Origin: a virus
IMG/VR virus record: IMGVR_UViG_3300031746_000007
Span: 20,669-84,668 of that record
Length of the DNA: 64,000 nucleotides
Direction: 5' to 3' (one strand)
Below the pieces are notes generated by a model, which saw only the letters and a program-made list of their open reading frames with translations, did not search any database and had not been told where the DNA came from. The number at the start of each line of letters is the position of its first letter. The first letter of the stretch is position 1. Below, piece by piece: positions 1-9,900 of this stretch. Position numbers and translations under genes: made by a program.

Positions 1-207
1 GTCGACCGATATTTCCTCTGGGGAGAGATCTACCGTCACCTCCCCGATCTCCCCTGTAAACTCTTTCGCGTCAGCCATTTGATCCGACGTCTTCGGTGCG
101 AACTTCTCCTTCAAACCTTCATCGAATAGGATCTGAAGATTGACCACGAGGCTAGGTCGAAAGACGGAATTTGCCGCCGCCGATCCGCTGTTGCCAGATT
201 CGCCCAT
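1..207 (-). CDS. Probable baseplate hub protein, 5' part (runs off window)
   Basis: ATG at 207, frame open to base 1 (MGESGNSGSAAANSVFRPSLVVNLQILFDE...); follows the LysM tail gene; product from synteny only. Confidence 0.45.
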   Translation of the reverse strand, partial: MGESGNSGSAAANSVFRPSLVVNLQILFDEGLKEKFAPKTSDQMADAKEFTGEIGEVTVDLSPEEISVD

Positions 208-208
208 G

Positions 209-1420
209 CTACGGTGCCCGCAGCGTACTGGCCGGCGCGGGCTGCCCCAGCGAGTTGAGTTGTGGAACGATCACGACGTCTCCCGCGATCAGCCGACTGG
301 TGTTGAAACCGTTATAGAGCATGAGCCGGATCCACTCGTCCGGCGTGCCGTAGTATTGCGTCGACACGTCGCGGAGATCCATCCCGTCTCGAGCGATGAA
401 CGTCGCGAGCGGCTTCGTCTGGTCCTGCGTCTGCGCGATCATCTCTTGCTGCCGGCGAGCCACCTCCGCCTTGAGCTTGCGCGCCGCCCGCTTCGCCTTC
501 CGTATCGCGCGCTCCGCGGCGAGCACCTCGTCTTGCGACTCGGCATTCGGGTCCACACCAGGCAACGCGTTCGGGTCGTCTACCGTCACCGACGACGAGG
601 TCACGGGGTCGAACCCGACAGCTCGCGCGATGCGCGCCGGGATATTCTCTATCGTCTTGACCAGCTCCTTGCACTGGTCGCCGATGGTCTGACACGCTGC
701 GATCATGTTGCCGGCAATTGCATACGGGGCGACGACGAGCTTCGCCGCCTGCTTCGCCAGGTCGACGAGCCCGGACACCGCCGCGACGATGTTGTCGAGG
801 ATGGTGTTGACTGCGTTGATCCAGCTGGCGATAGCTGCGAACTCAGACTTCAATTCGTTGATTGCCCCGATGAGGGAGTTCACCGCGGCGATGATCGAAT
901 TGATCATGTCGGCCAAGCTCGAGAGCACGTTGAATACGATCGGCAGCTCGTCTTCACCCTGGCTCATCCAGGTAAATTCCATCTCCCACTCGACGTCTTC
1001 GGCGCGCAGCCACGTTTGCTTGAACTTCGTGAGGATGCCCTGCCTGACGATGTCATCCCACCCAACCTCGACGAGAGACCCGCGCCGGCGGAACCCGTCC
1101 GCGAGCTTCACGAGGTCCGAGACATTGTCAACGATCGAGCCGTTGTAGTACGCCTTGCCGGTCTGCCCGAGGATCGGGATGCCGAGGTGGCTCGTCGTTT
1201 TGATGAACCGGTCCTTCCACATGCCGTTGATCGACGTCGTTCCTTCTTGTGGCCCAAGCATCTGCACGGTCGCGATTGGGTTGCCCGGGTACCACGTGAA
1301 CTCGGCCCGCATCGAACCTTCGAACGTCATCGGCCGATAGGGCAACGCGCGCCCGACCAGCTCGAGCGAGTTGCGCTCGCCTTGAAGCTCGACGATGACG
1401 AGTGAACTGGGGTCGCCCAT
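209..1420 (-). CDS. Tail tube initiator / LysM-domain baseplate protein
   Basis: Directly after tape measure; C-terminal LysM-like segment DLRDVSTQYYGTPDEW..L..YN...LIAGDVVIVP. Confidence 0.7.
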   Translation of the reverse strand: MGDPSSLVIVELQGERNSLELVGRALPYRPMTFEGSMRAEFTWYPGNPIATVQMLGPQEGTTSINGMWKDRFIKTTSHLGIPILGQTGKAYYNGSIVDNVSDLVKLADGFRRRGSLVEVGWDDIVRQGILTKFKQTWLRAEDVEWEMEFTWMSQGEDELPIVFNVLSSLADMINSIIAAVNSLIGAINELKSEFAAIASWINAVNTILDNIVAAVSGLVDLAKQAAKLVVAPYAIAGNMIAACQTIGDQCKELVKTIENIPARIARAVGFDPVTSSSVTVDDPNALPGVDPNAESQDEVLAAERAIRKAKRAARKLKAEVARRQQEMIAQTQDQTKPLATFIARDGMDLRDVSTQYYGTPDEWIRLMLYNGFNTSRLIAGDVVIVPQLNSLGQPAPASTLRAP

Positions 1421-1423
1421 CTA

Positions 1424-3304
1424 CTACCTCAAAGCGAAGGCGGGGGTGAACCCGCTCTGTAGCTTGCGCTCCCCGAGCGCGGCCAGGTCGGACGAGAACG
1501 CGAGCGCGATGCGGTCGGGGTCGAACCCTTCGGAGAACTTCTGCGTGATGTCGAACCGACTGCCGCGGAAGTCGTAGTTCGGCGCCGGCGGTCGGTCCTT
1601 GTTTGCTGCGTCTCGGTCGGCCTTCCGCTTGGCGATGAGGGCATTCGTCCGCGCGATCTCCCGCTGCCGTTGCTTCTCGTTCGTCTGGTCTTCGGTGTAC
1701 TTCCAGGCACGTCCGAGAATGCTCGGCAACCCCTCTTGGAGTGCGGCGACCGGGTTCTTCGCGATGAACGAAATCGTCTCCATGATAGTCTGCAAGAGGT
1801 GGACCTGTGCGTCGAGCACGTCCGAGAAGATCATCACGACGCCGAACACGAACTTGTGAAAGAAGCTGCCGAGCGCCGAGTCTTCGCTGAAGGTCGTGGT
1901 GAACAGGTCGGCGATGACCATGAACCGCGACACGATCTTGTCGAACGCCAGGCTCACGTGCGAGCCGATGCTGTCGACGTTGTTGCGGATGAGGTCGACG
2001 GCCTTGAGAACGGTGGCGATGACTACCGCGAGCACGACCGCGCCACCCACGAGCCGCAACGCCGTAGCCGCGAACCGCGCCATGCCGGGGAGCGCTCGCG
2101 TGAACCGGCCGAACACTCCGGCGACCCCTGGGACCTTCGGCACGGGCACTTTAGATAGCGCGGTTGGGATCCGAGCGATGGTCTTCTCCGAGAACTTGCC
2201 GAGCCCGTCGCCGTAGATTGCTTTCCCCTTGATCGCCAGAACAATGCGCGTCGTGTTCACGTTCATAGCCGTGATGATCGGGGTGTTGGCCGCCGCCTGC
2301 GAAGCCTTCTCCGCCGCCACACCAACGGCAGAAGCCGCGGCGCCGCCGACTTTGACCCCCGCCGACTCCAAGAACCCGCCGCCGAGCTTCTTGCCCCACC
2401 CGACCATGCCGGTGCCGGTCATCTTCATCAGAGAGAAGTTGAGCAGGAGCACCTTCGTGACCTGCTTCACCGTCCCAAGGTGGTCGCGAAGAAAATTCGC
2501 CAACGTCTCGCCGAACTTCTTCGCCTTCGGCAACCATTCTGTGAGCTGGTCGCTCAGACCCCGCATGAGGTCTTCGACGACTGGCAGGAGTTGGATGCCG
2601 ATGATGCGCTGAATGTTCTCCCACGTGCCTCGGATCTTGAGCCCTAGCTCCCGGATTCGCGACTGCCGGTCGATGTTCTCCTGCGTCGCAATGCCGAGCT
2701 TCTTGTACTCCGCGACCTGCTCGCGAATATGCTCCGGTCCTTTCTTGAGCAGGTTCGTAAACTTTCTCGCCGTCTCACCCTGCATTCGGAACAGGAGACC
2801 GACCTTCGCTTGATCGACCGTGCCCTTCTTCGCGTGCTCCGCCATCTTCATAATGGCTTTTTCCGGGCCTTGCGAAAGGTCGATGCCGAGCCGTTGGAAC
2901 TCCTTCCCCATGCCCTGCATGCCGCGGCGCATCCCGTGCGCCGCCATGTTCGCTCGAGCCCCCGCCTTCGACATCTGCATGAGCGCGCGAACGCCTTCGT
3001 TCCCGCTGATCCCGACCGACTCCATGGCATCTATGAGACCGCCGGCGCTGTCCGCCGACATCTTCGTGTAGTCCTGCACCTTCTTGAGCTGGTCGAGGTA
3101 CTCCTGCGTGCCCTTGACGATATGCGTGAGTGACATCGCGCCGCCGGCCACCGCAGCGATCGAACCGAACGTGCCGACAACATTCGACGCCTTGTCGAAC
3201 AATCCACTAACCCTCGACGCCGACGACGTGAGAGCCGACAACGCCGTCGCGCCCTTGTTGTTGACGACGAAATTCGTAGTGACGTTGTTGACAATGTCGG
3301 TCAT
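1424..3304 (-). CDS. Tail tape measure protein
   Basis: 626 aa, Ala/Gly-rich helical with hydrophobic segments, downstream of tube and chaperone genes. Confidence 0.85.
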   Translation of the reverse strand: MTDIVNNVTTNFVVNNKGATALSALTSSASRVSGLFDKASNVVGTFGSIAAVAGGAMSLTHIVKGTQEYLDQLKKVQDYTKMSADSAGGLIDAMESVGISGNEGVRALMQMSKAGARANMAAHGMRRGMQGMGKEFQRLGIDLSQGPEKAIMKMAEHAKKGTVDQAKVGLLFRMQGETARKFTNLLKKGPEHIREQVAEYKKLGIATQENIDRQSRIRELGLKIRGTWENIQRIIGIQLLPVVEDLMRGLSDQLTEWLPKAKKFGETLANFLRDHLGTVKQVTKVLLLNFSLMKMTGTGMVGWGKKLGGGFLESAGVKVGGAAASAVGVAAEKASQAAANTPIITAMNVNTTRIVLAIKGKAIYGDGLGKFSEKTIARIPTALSKVPVPKVPGVAGVFGRFTRALPGMARFAATALRLVGGAVVLAVVIATVLKAVDLIRNNVDSIGSHVSLAFDKIVSRFMVIADLFTTTFSEDSALGSFFHKFVFGVVMIFSDVLDAQVHLLQTIMETISFIAKNPVAALQEGLPSILGRAWKYTEDQTNEKQRQREIARTNALIAKRKADRDAANKDRPPAPNYDFRGSRFDITQKFSEGFDPDRIALAFSSDLAALGERKLQSGFTPAFALR

Positions 3305-3546
3305 CGATCCACCTTCATTGCTTCGCCCTCGTCTCGGATCAATTGGCCGACCTCAGTCGACAGGTCGCATAGATCCGAGACCGTCATGCCGAGACAGTCC
3401 TCGACGCCCTGGTGCCCGTAGCGCCCCAAGAAAGCGATCGTCTTCCAAATGTCGCGCACATGCTCTGCCACCCCGTGTCGGGCTATGCTGAGCGCGTAGC
3501 TGGCGAAATCTATTCGACCCGAACCTCTCGGCTCCCCAGAAAATCC
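3301..3546 (-). CDS. Tail assembly chaperone, -1 frameshift extension (gpGT-like)
   Basis: Frame open 3552-3301 encoding ..IWKTIAFLGRYGHQ..LGMTVSDL..; slippery GGATTTT at 3546-3540; stop overlaps the TMP ATG. Confidence 0.7.
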   Translation of the reverse strand, partial: GFSGEPRGSGRIDFASYALSIARHGVAEHVRDIWKTIAFLGRYGHQGVEDCLGMTVSDLCDLSTEVGQLIRDEGEAMKVDR

Positions 3547-3896
3547 TCGACGTCAGACTCCGCCGGCGAGTGCAGCTTCGCATGAGCTGTCATCACGAGG
3601 TTGCGAAGCATTGGGCTCATCGTGTTGAACGCCTTGTCGGCGCTCCCATCCGCGATACTGACGCGCTCGCCGTTCACCTCGGCGATCGATTGCTGCACCT
3701 GTTCATAAGCCAGCTTGATCGGATCTCCGTTAGAACGCTTCGCCGCCATCATCTCCTCGCGCGCAGTCAGCTGCACGAGCCCGACCGTCTTGAAGTCTTC
3801 GCCACCCAACGCCGAAGGCACCTTGTAGGTGTAGATCGGGCGTGATGGTTTCTGAGCCAGTGCTTCCGAAATGTTCTGAGTTGCCTTCGTCGCCAT
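3510..3896 (-). CDS. Tail assembly chaperone (gpG-like)
   Basis: Between tube and tape measure; AGGAGG RBS before ATG 3896. Confidence 0.75.
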   Translation of the reverse strand: MATKATQNISEALAQKPSRPIYTYKVPSALGGEDFKTVGLVQLTAREEMMAAKRSNGDPIKLAYEQVQQSIAEVNGERVSIADGSADKAFNTMSPMLRNLVMTAHAKLHSPAESDVEDFLGSREVRVE

Positions 3897-3935
3897 TGTG
3901 TCTCCTCCTGACACGGCACGCGCTCGCGTGCCTGG

Positions 3936-4367
3936 TTACAAGATGGTGCCGTCCGACGCTTGGAAGTCGATGCCGACCGTACCGTAGTCGGCGCGGCTGC
4001 CGAAGCTCAGCGGGATCTCGCCGAAGAACGCGTCGCTGATCAGCACGCGCGGCTTGTCGCCGTTCGGGAAGTTCAGCGTCGCCTTGATGTTGATCTGCGT
4101 GCCCGGGGTGCGCCGCTTGGCGCGGTCGACGATCGACTTGATGATGTCGAAGACATCCTGGTTCTCGTAGTGGAACTCGATGCGCCCGCGCATGCCATTG
4201 AAGATCTCGTCGTAGCGGTTCGTCTTCTCGCCGAGGTAGGCTTCCTCCTTCGTCTCGAGCTTGTAGGCGAACTCAAACGACCGGACGTCGGTCGTGGTGT
4301 CCGCGACCTCGCCGTCGACGATGAGCGAAACCTCGACCTCTTGTCCTTTGATGCGTTGGTCGGCCAC
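3936..4367 (-). CDS. Tail tube protein
   Basis: 143 aa beta-rich protein downstream of the sheath; AAGGAG RBS. Confidence 0.8.
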   Translation of the reverse strand: MADQRIKGQEVEVSLIVDGEVADTTTDVRSFEFAYKLETKEEAYLGEKTNRYDEIFNGMRGRIEFHYENQDVFDIIKSIVDRAKRRTPGTQINIKATLNFPNGDKPRVLISDAFFGEIPLSFGSRADYGTVGIDFQASDGTIL

Positions 4368-4384
4368 TGGAATCTCCTTTGCGC

Positions 4385-4431
4385 AAAAAGAAAAAAGGCA
4401 CGTGGTATCGCCGAAGCGAAAACCACGTGCC
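4385..4431 (-). terminator. Intrinsic terminator
   Basis: GGCACGTGGT-TTTCGC-TTCG-GCGAT-ACCACGTGCC stem followed by TTTTTTCTTTTT on the minus strand. Confidence 0.8.
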
Positions 4432-4504
4432 CTATCCCCGGGGGTTTAGCCCGGGTGAAGCCGTGTCATGCCAAGCCCGATACTGCACCGGGCTCAGTCT
4501 ACCG

Positions 4505-5068
4505 TCAAGCCCTGGTCACCAGGATGATGATCTCGCCGGCGACCGTGTTCTTGCTCCGACGAAGCACGAGCGTCCCGCCGGCCGGGATGACCGGCGTCTC
4601 TTGCACGATGACGCCGCCGTCGCGCCCCTTCGACGCCGTCGACGTGTCAAAGGCATCCGACAAAGCGCTTCCGCCGCCACCGGTAGCGTTGCGCAGCTGC
4701 GCCGACGATGCCGACACCGCCGTCTTGACGAGCACCATCGCGTCGAGGATGCGGAACGCATACGGGGCGTTCGCGTTGTAGAGGATGACATCGTCCGCCG
4801 TCCCGCCGACGCCAGCCGTGAACTGTTGCCGAATCACGTTCGCGACCGGGATGCTCGGGAGCGCGTCGTGAGACGTCGCCACGTCACCGCTCTTCGTGAG
4901 CGTCACGTGGAACACCTTCGCCGCCGCCGCGCCGCCGAGCGCATCAGTGAGCACGGAACGACTGGCCGCGGTCAGCACCGCGATCTCCCGGTTTGCCAGC
5001 ACACCCCGATAAGGGGCGGGCAACGCGACCGTGTCGCCCGCGATGTTCTCGACCTTGAAGAGAGGCAT
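4505..5068 (-). CDS. Hypothetical virion protein
   Basis: 187 aa ORF between sheath and tube with AGGAG RBS. Confidence 0.65.
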   Translation of the reverse strand: MPLFKVENIAGDTVALPAPYRGVLANREIAVLTAASRSVLTDALGGAAAAKVFHVTLTKSGDVATSHDALPSIPVANVIRQQFTAGVGGTADDVILYNANAPYAFRILDAMVLVKTAVSASSAQLRNATGGGGSALSDAFDTSTASKGRDGGVIVQETPVIPAGGTLVLRRSKNTVAGEIIILVTRA

Positions 5069-5078
5069 GGGTGTCTCC

Positions 5079-7058
5079 TTACGCCGCGGTGACCTTCACG
5101 CCTTCGCCGGCTTCGATCTGAAGCACGATGAAGTCGGCGGTCGCCAGCGTCCGGACCTTGCCGATGAGAACCCAGATACCCTTCGCCTCGAGATCGGGGG
5201 TGTTGCCCGACTTGTCGTCGAGCAGGTAGCCCGAGATCCGCTGCGCCGGCGGGTTGTTCTCGGAGAACAACCCGGACAAGAACGCGTCGGCCTCACTGAG
5301 GATCGCGTCCTTGAGCGAGTTGGTGAGCGGCAGTTTCGAGAAAGCCACGAACCGCTGCGCCAGGCTGTCTTCGATGAAGTCAGCCATGCGCCGGCGGTTG
5401 ATGTTCTTCTCGCCCGAGGTCAGGCTGGTCGTGATGCCGCTCTGGAAAATGGGCCCGACCGTCCGATCGATCCGCAGCGCGGCGATGCCGCTCGAGCGGA
5501 AAGCGATGTAGTCGGACATGAGCAGACCGCTCACGAGCCGCTGGAACCCGATGACCGGAGCCATCACATCCGGGACAGGCGCGGTGCCTTGGCCCGGGTT
5601 GCGCTCCGGCGGCAGATTCGAGAGCAGGCTCGCCATCCACGCATTGAGGTGCGTGTCGAGCAACCCGTCCGTGTGCACGAACCCATCGGCGCCCTTCATC
5701 TGGTAGCCGACCGCCTCGGGGACGAACGTCTGCGCGCCCGGCCAACACCAGATCACGCGCTCGTGCCGGTAGGTCGAGAGCAGCGCCGCCTGCGCCGACG
5801 CCGTGTCGACGACGGTGAGCGCCGGCGACATGACGGTGATGCGCCCGACGCCCTGGCTCGAGGCGGAGAGCACGTGCGCCTTCTGCGCGGTCCGGATCTC
5901 GGCGCCCGTGCGAGCCGGGAGCAGGATGTTGACGTCGCGCGCCGGCGACTCTTCGGTGAGCAGCGCGTCGAACGCGGTCGCGTAGAGCGCCGCAATCGCC
6001 ACGTCATACACCGCGTTGGCAGCCTGCACGGCAGCCGTGTAGGTGAGCGCGCCGCTCGGGTGCGTCCGGAGCTTCAGCCCGGTGAGCGCTTCCCACGACT
6101 TGCCATCGGTGCCCGGACCGGCCGGGACCAGCGACGGGGAGACGACGGTAGCGAGCGCCACCGTCGAGTCGAGCGGGCGAGCCGGGACGAGGCACGCGCT
6201 CGTCGAGCTGAGCGAGCCCGCACCGGACTCACCATCGCTCGCCGGGTGAACGCGCCACGCCAGAGCGATGCCGCTCGTCCAATCGAACGCGGAGCCGTCC
6301 TGCTTCTCGACGGTGAGCTGCGTCGCGGACGCGGCATCCACCGTCACGCGGTACGTGTCGGCATTCGCGCCTTGCGCCAAGGTGGCACCGATGACGCCGA
6401 GAACGAGCAGATCGCCGGCCTGAACCGGGCCGCCGTTCTTGGCAGTCAGGAAGCTGCCGGTCGCCGAACCGAATACCTGCGTCGCCGCCGGCGCCGTCGC
6501 GGTGACCGCGCCGTCGATGCCCGAGGCGAACTGACCGGTCGAGGTGAAGACGACCTGCTTCATGCTGCGGATGCGGTTGCCGCCCGACTTGAACTCGCGC
6601 CCGGCATACACGACGCCGGCGGCGAGGGTGACGATCGGAACCGCGCGCGTAGCGCTCGCGTTCGTCGGCAGCGTGCGCCACATGCGCGTCGCCTTGTCGG
6701 AAGCGAGGTTGATCGGGATGAGAACGAGCCGCGAGAACTTCTTGTTGCGCAGCGCCAGGAAGCCGCTGCCGCCGCTGATCCCGGTGTCGCCGATCGTCGC
6801 GTCGAACCCGCCGACCTTGTTCGCCAGATCTTGCCCCGAGAAGACCTCGACGGGCTGCGGCTTCGTCGTGACGGTGCCGGTCGTGTCTACCGCCACACCA
6901 TAGGTCACATCGGCGAACTCGCCGACGCAACACACCGTGCCGACCCCGACACCGTTGACCGCGCCCGGCGGCGGCAGATCGACGATGACGACACCCTCGA
7001 TGAGCGTGATGATCTCAGTGCCCGGGAAAAACTGATAGCGACGAATGAAGCCGGCCAT
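5079..7058 (-). CDS. Contractile tail sheath protein
   Basis: 659 aa; C-terminal sheath-like signature INRRRMADFI..L..F.K...VRTLATADFIVLQI. Confidence 0.9.
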   Translation of the reverse strand: MAGFIRRYQFFPGTEIITLIEGVVIVDLPPPGAVNGVGVGTVCCVGEFADVTYGVAVDTTGTVTTKPQPVEVFSGQDLANKVGGFDATIGDTGISGGSGFLALRNKKFSRLVLIPINLASDKATRMWRTLPTNASATRAVPIVTLAAGVVYAGREFKSGGNRIRSMKQVVFTSTGQFASGIDGAVTATAPAATQVFGSATGSFLTAKNGGPVQAGDLLVLGVIGATLAQGANADTYRVTVDAASATQLTVEKQDGSAFDWTSGIALAWRVHPASDGESGAGSLSSTSACLVPARPLDSTVALATVVSPSLVPAGPGTDGKSWEALTGLKLRTHPSGALTYTAAVQAANAVYDVAIAALYATAFDALLTEESPARDVNILLPARTGAEIRTAQKAHVLSASSQGVGRITVMSPALTVVDTASAQAALLSTYRHERVIWCWPGAQTFVPEAVGYQMKGADGFVHTDGLLDTHLNAWMASLLSNLPPERNPGQGTAPVPDVMAPVIGFQRLVSGLLMSDYIAFRSSGIAALRIDRTVGPIFQSGITTSLTSGEKNINRRRMADFIEDSLAQRFVAFSKLPLTNSLKDAILSEADAFLSGLFSENNPPAQRISGYLLDDKSGNTPDLEAKGIWVLIGKVRTLATADFIVLQIEAGEGVKVTAA

Positions 7059-7069
7059 GTTCTTGTCTC

Positions 7070-7744
7070 CTAGCAGTCAGTCAAAACTAGACCCGGTATT
7101 ACCACATCCGGCCCGACCGCGTCCAAGTGGAACGAGGGCTTCGCCAGCGGGTAGGTGAAGATGTTCATCACGGGGACCTCCCCCGCGATCGTGAACGCAG
7201 CCTTGCGGTAGCGCCGCATGGCATCCTGTTCGTTGTCGAGATAAGCCATCCCCTTGAGAAAGTACCGCGCGCGTGAATTGAAGTAGAACGGCAGCTCGAG
7301 AAAAAACCCACTCATGTAGTCGACCGGGTTGAACGCCGTCTCGAGCCCGGCCACGATCGCGCGCCGCGCCGGCGGGTCGTTCGCCCACACCTCGACCGTC
7401 AAATCCTGCACGAGCGCGCACGCACTCACGAGATAGCGACCGTCCGGCGGCCCGGGGAGCTTGTTGCGGCTGGTCGGCTGATCGGGCGTGAAGCCCGTCG
7501 AGTCATACGTCCCCTCGCCGATGCCGCCGACGTACGCGCGCGGGAACTTCGCCTCGTCTTCAGGCTCCGCCCACGTGTCGAGCACCTTGTTGAACCGCAG
7601 CTCGCGCCCGCCCGGGGCTTTGAATACGAGCATCGACAGGTACTCGGCGAGACCCCGCGTTAGCGCCGTGCGAGAATCCGTCTCCTGATCGCCGGTGTAT
7701 GCGATAGGGATGCCTGGCTTCGTGATGAGCGTCGCCTTGTTCAT
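7070..7744 (-). CDS. Tail terminator / tail completion protein
   Basis: Immediately upstream of the sheath; overlapping start/stop with neighbour. Confidence 0.6.
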   Translation of the reverse strand: MNKATLITKPGIPIAYTGDQETDSRTALTRGLAEYLSMLVFKAPGGRELRFNKVLDTWAEPEDEAKFPRAYVGGIGEGTYDSTGFTPDQPTSRNKLPGPPDGRYLVSACALVQDLTVEVWANDPPARRAIVAGLETAFNPVDYMSGFFLELPFYFNSRARYFLKGMAYLDNEQDAMRRYRKAAFTIAGEVPVMNIFTYPLAKPSFHLDAVGPDVVIPGLVLTDC

Positions 7745-8259
7745 CGCCGCGTCAGCTCCACATCCATCTCGTGACGAATCTCAGCATGCACCGCTTTCGA
7801 CATCTCGTCTATCCCGTCCGACATGACGTTGCGCGCTTGCAATCCTCTCTTCTCGATCGACTTGGCGATCGCCCACGCCGCGGCCTTGGCGGCATCCCCG
7901 GAGAGCTTGAGCTTGTTGTGCGCCCATCGCTCGAGGTTCACGATGCCCGACCTACCTACCGCCGCCGGGCGCCGACCGCCGTCGATCACAGGGGAGTAGG
8001 GCTGCGCGTTGAATACCTGCGCACCATTCGACAGCGGCGCGGTTTTCCAGGCTGCCTTGTAGAGACCGGTGTTGACCGCGCCCACGGTGCCGTGCTCGCT
8101 CGCAGGCGGCGCGAAATCAGTGCGACGCTGCATGATGCCGATGCACCGCATCGCCCCGGACTGCACCCCGCGGATCGCTGCCGGAAAGAACCGCGTCCCG
8201 AGCCGCTTCATGTAGGCAGCCCATTCCGGCCCGGTCATGTTGAACGTGACGGTCGCCAT
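7741..8259 (-). CDS. Neck / tail completion protein (HK97 gp10-like)
   Basis: VNTGLYKAAW...N..PYSPVID.GRRP...WA..K.I.KRG pattern; neck position. Confidence 0.65.
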   Translation of the reverse strand: MATVTFNMTGPEWAAYMKRLGTRFFPAAIRGVQSGAMRCIGIMQRRTDFAPPASEHGTVGAVNTGLYKAAWKTAPLSNGAQVFNAQPYSPVIDGGRRPAAVGRSGIVNLERWAHNKLKLSGDAAKAAAWAIAKSIEKRGLQARNVMSDGIDEMSKAVHAEIRHEMDVELTRR

Positions 8260-8792
8260 CAGAGAAGGTCCCCATTCTCTTGACGATCAGCGTGCGCCTT
8301 CTCGAGCCGTACCTGCCAGTAGAACTTTCCGGAGAAGTACATCGGTGCCGATCGGAGATAGAACCGCCGCTTGTCGCTCGAGCCATCCGACTTCGGGAAC
8401 TCGATCTCGTAGAAGACCTCTTCGTCCGGGCCCGGCTCCTTGCCGTCTTCTTTCATCGACCGGAGCTGCCCGTCCGTGAAGCGACCGCTGATCTCCGACA
8501 CCGAGATCATACCGACCTCGTCGAGCCCGATAGGCTGCACGATCTCGGTCATGGTCGTGAGATCTTGCACGAGCGGGGTCGGAAGGATGTCGAGAGCCGC
8601 CTCGATGACCGGTGTCCCGACGCCGCGCTGCCCGGAACTCCACCGCACCCGCACGACCCGGACCTTGTAGGGCCGCATGCCGAACTTCGTGAAGAGGTCG
8701 CGAACGCGGTCGGCGACGGGGATGAGCTTCTGCGCGAGCGTCTTGCCGAGCTGCAAGCTCGTCGGATCGGTGTATGTAGGGCGCGCGGGCAT
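8259..8792 (-). CDS. Head closure / stopper protein
   Basis: Synteny in the neck module; 177 aa. Confidence 0.55.
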   Translation of the reverse strand: MPARPTYTDPTSLQLGKTLAQKLIPVADRVRDLFTKFGMRPYKVRVVRVRWSSGQRGVGTPVIEAALDILPTPLVQDLTTMTEIVQPIGLDEVGMISVSEISGRFTDGQLRSMKEDGKEPGPDEEVFYEIEFPKSDGSSDKRRFYLRSAPMYFSGKFYWQVRLEKAHADRQENGDLL

Positions 8793-8795
8793 GGG

Positions 8796-9200
8796 TTAGT
8801 GCACCGGGATCGAGCCCGCCTTGACCCCCGAAAACGACCGGTACCTCGTCGAGTAGGGATAGATCGGGGCGCCGAGGATGTCGGCGAGGCGGAAGCCCCA
8901 CCGAACATACTCGCGCTCGAGCATGTCGGGCTCGTTCTCGCGGAGCTTCAAGGAGTCGAGCGCGCTCGCCGCCAGTCGATCCTGCGCCTCGACGAGCTTC
9001 GCCTCGATGTCATCCATGATCTTGAGGATGCGGCGCACTCGGTCGGTCGCCTCCTCGATGAGATTATTCAGCGACGTCTCGACGAGAAACATCGTCTGAA
9101 TCGGGCGCGGGATGCCGTACGAGATCGACGCCGCGGGTTGCACAGCCAGGTAGCCGAGGTGATACCTCGCGCGCTCCTTCTCTCGTGCATCCAACGGCAT
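8796..9200 (-). CDS. Head-tail adaptor protein
   Basis: Helical 134 aa, RARYHLGY N-terminus, shortly after the capsid gene. Confidence 0.6.
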   Translation of the reverse strand: MPLDAREKERARYHLGYLAVQPAASISYGIPRPIQTMFLVETSLNNLIEEATDRVRRILKIMDDIEAKLVEAQDRLAASALDSLKLRENEPDMLEREYVRWGFRLADILGAPIYPYSTRYRSFSGVKAGSIPVH

Positions 9201-9209
9201 CGTCGACCC

Positions 9210-9482
9210 CTACTTCACTTCTTCGATGTCCGCCCCGCTGTCGATCAGCCGCTTGATCCCATCGGCCCCGCCGTACCCGGACGAGTCGATGACGTCATCC
9301 TTGCGGAGCTTGATCGCCTGCCCGAAGAACGACGCCTTGCAGTTCGACTTCACCCGATACTTCGGGGAGACGGCTGCCACGACCGGAACAACCATCGCCG
9401 GCGAAACCGCGGAAATCTCGAGCACGGGCTCGACGCCGGTCTCCGGCAGCTGCTTCTTCTCGATCTTCTTGGTAGACGCCAT
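9210..9482 (-). CDS. Hypothetical protein (head-associated)
   Basis: 90 aa with AAGGAG RBS. Confidence 0.6.
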   Translation of the reverse strand: MASTKKIEKKQLPETGVEPVLEISAVSPAMVVPVVAAVSPKYRVKSNCKASFFGQAIKLRKDDVIDSSGYGGADGIKRLIDSGADIEEVK

Positions 9483-9497
9483 GTTCTTCTCCTTCGA

Positions 9498-9900
9498 AAA
9501 AGTAAGAGGCGCAACAGCGAAACAGCTCGATCAACAAGCCCCGATCGAAGGGGATGCAATAGTCTCCCTATTGCGCCTCTCACCCAACGCGCCCACACCA
9601 CGCCGACAAGCGACGGGGGATTCAACCGAAACAGAAGTCGCCAAGTGACCTGGATTAGAGGTCGACATTTTGACCAGCTCCGATGAGAATCCGAGGCGCT
9701 AAAAACAGCCCAGAAGCGTTGACGCTACACAAGGCAGCATCGCCGGGCTGAACGCCCACAACAGCAACTCGCAAAAGCCGTGCAGTGGGCAACTTGATCA
9801 CGCTCGCCACCCTTCGATCCTACCTACCCGGCTGCGCGGGTCAAGGCGAACCTTGACCCACGACAGCCGAGCAGGAGGAGGAGACACCCGAAGGTGTCAC
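9498..9900 (-). other. Structured non-coding region (UUCG hairpins, terminator-like stem); possible ncRNA or attenuator
   Basis: Hairpins GACACC-TTCG-GGTGTC and GGGTCAAGG-TTCG-CCTTGACCC; 14-bp stem 9568-9581/9505-9518 followed by a T-run. Confidence 0.5.
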
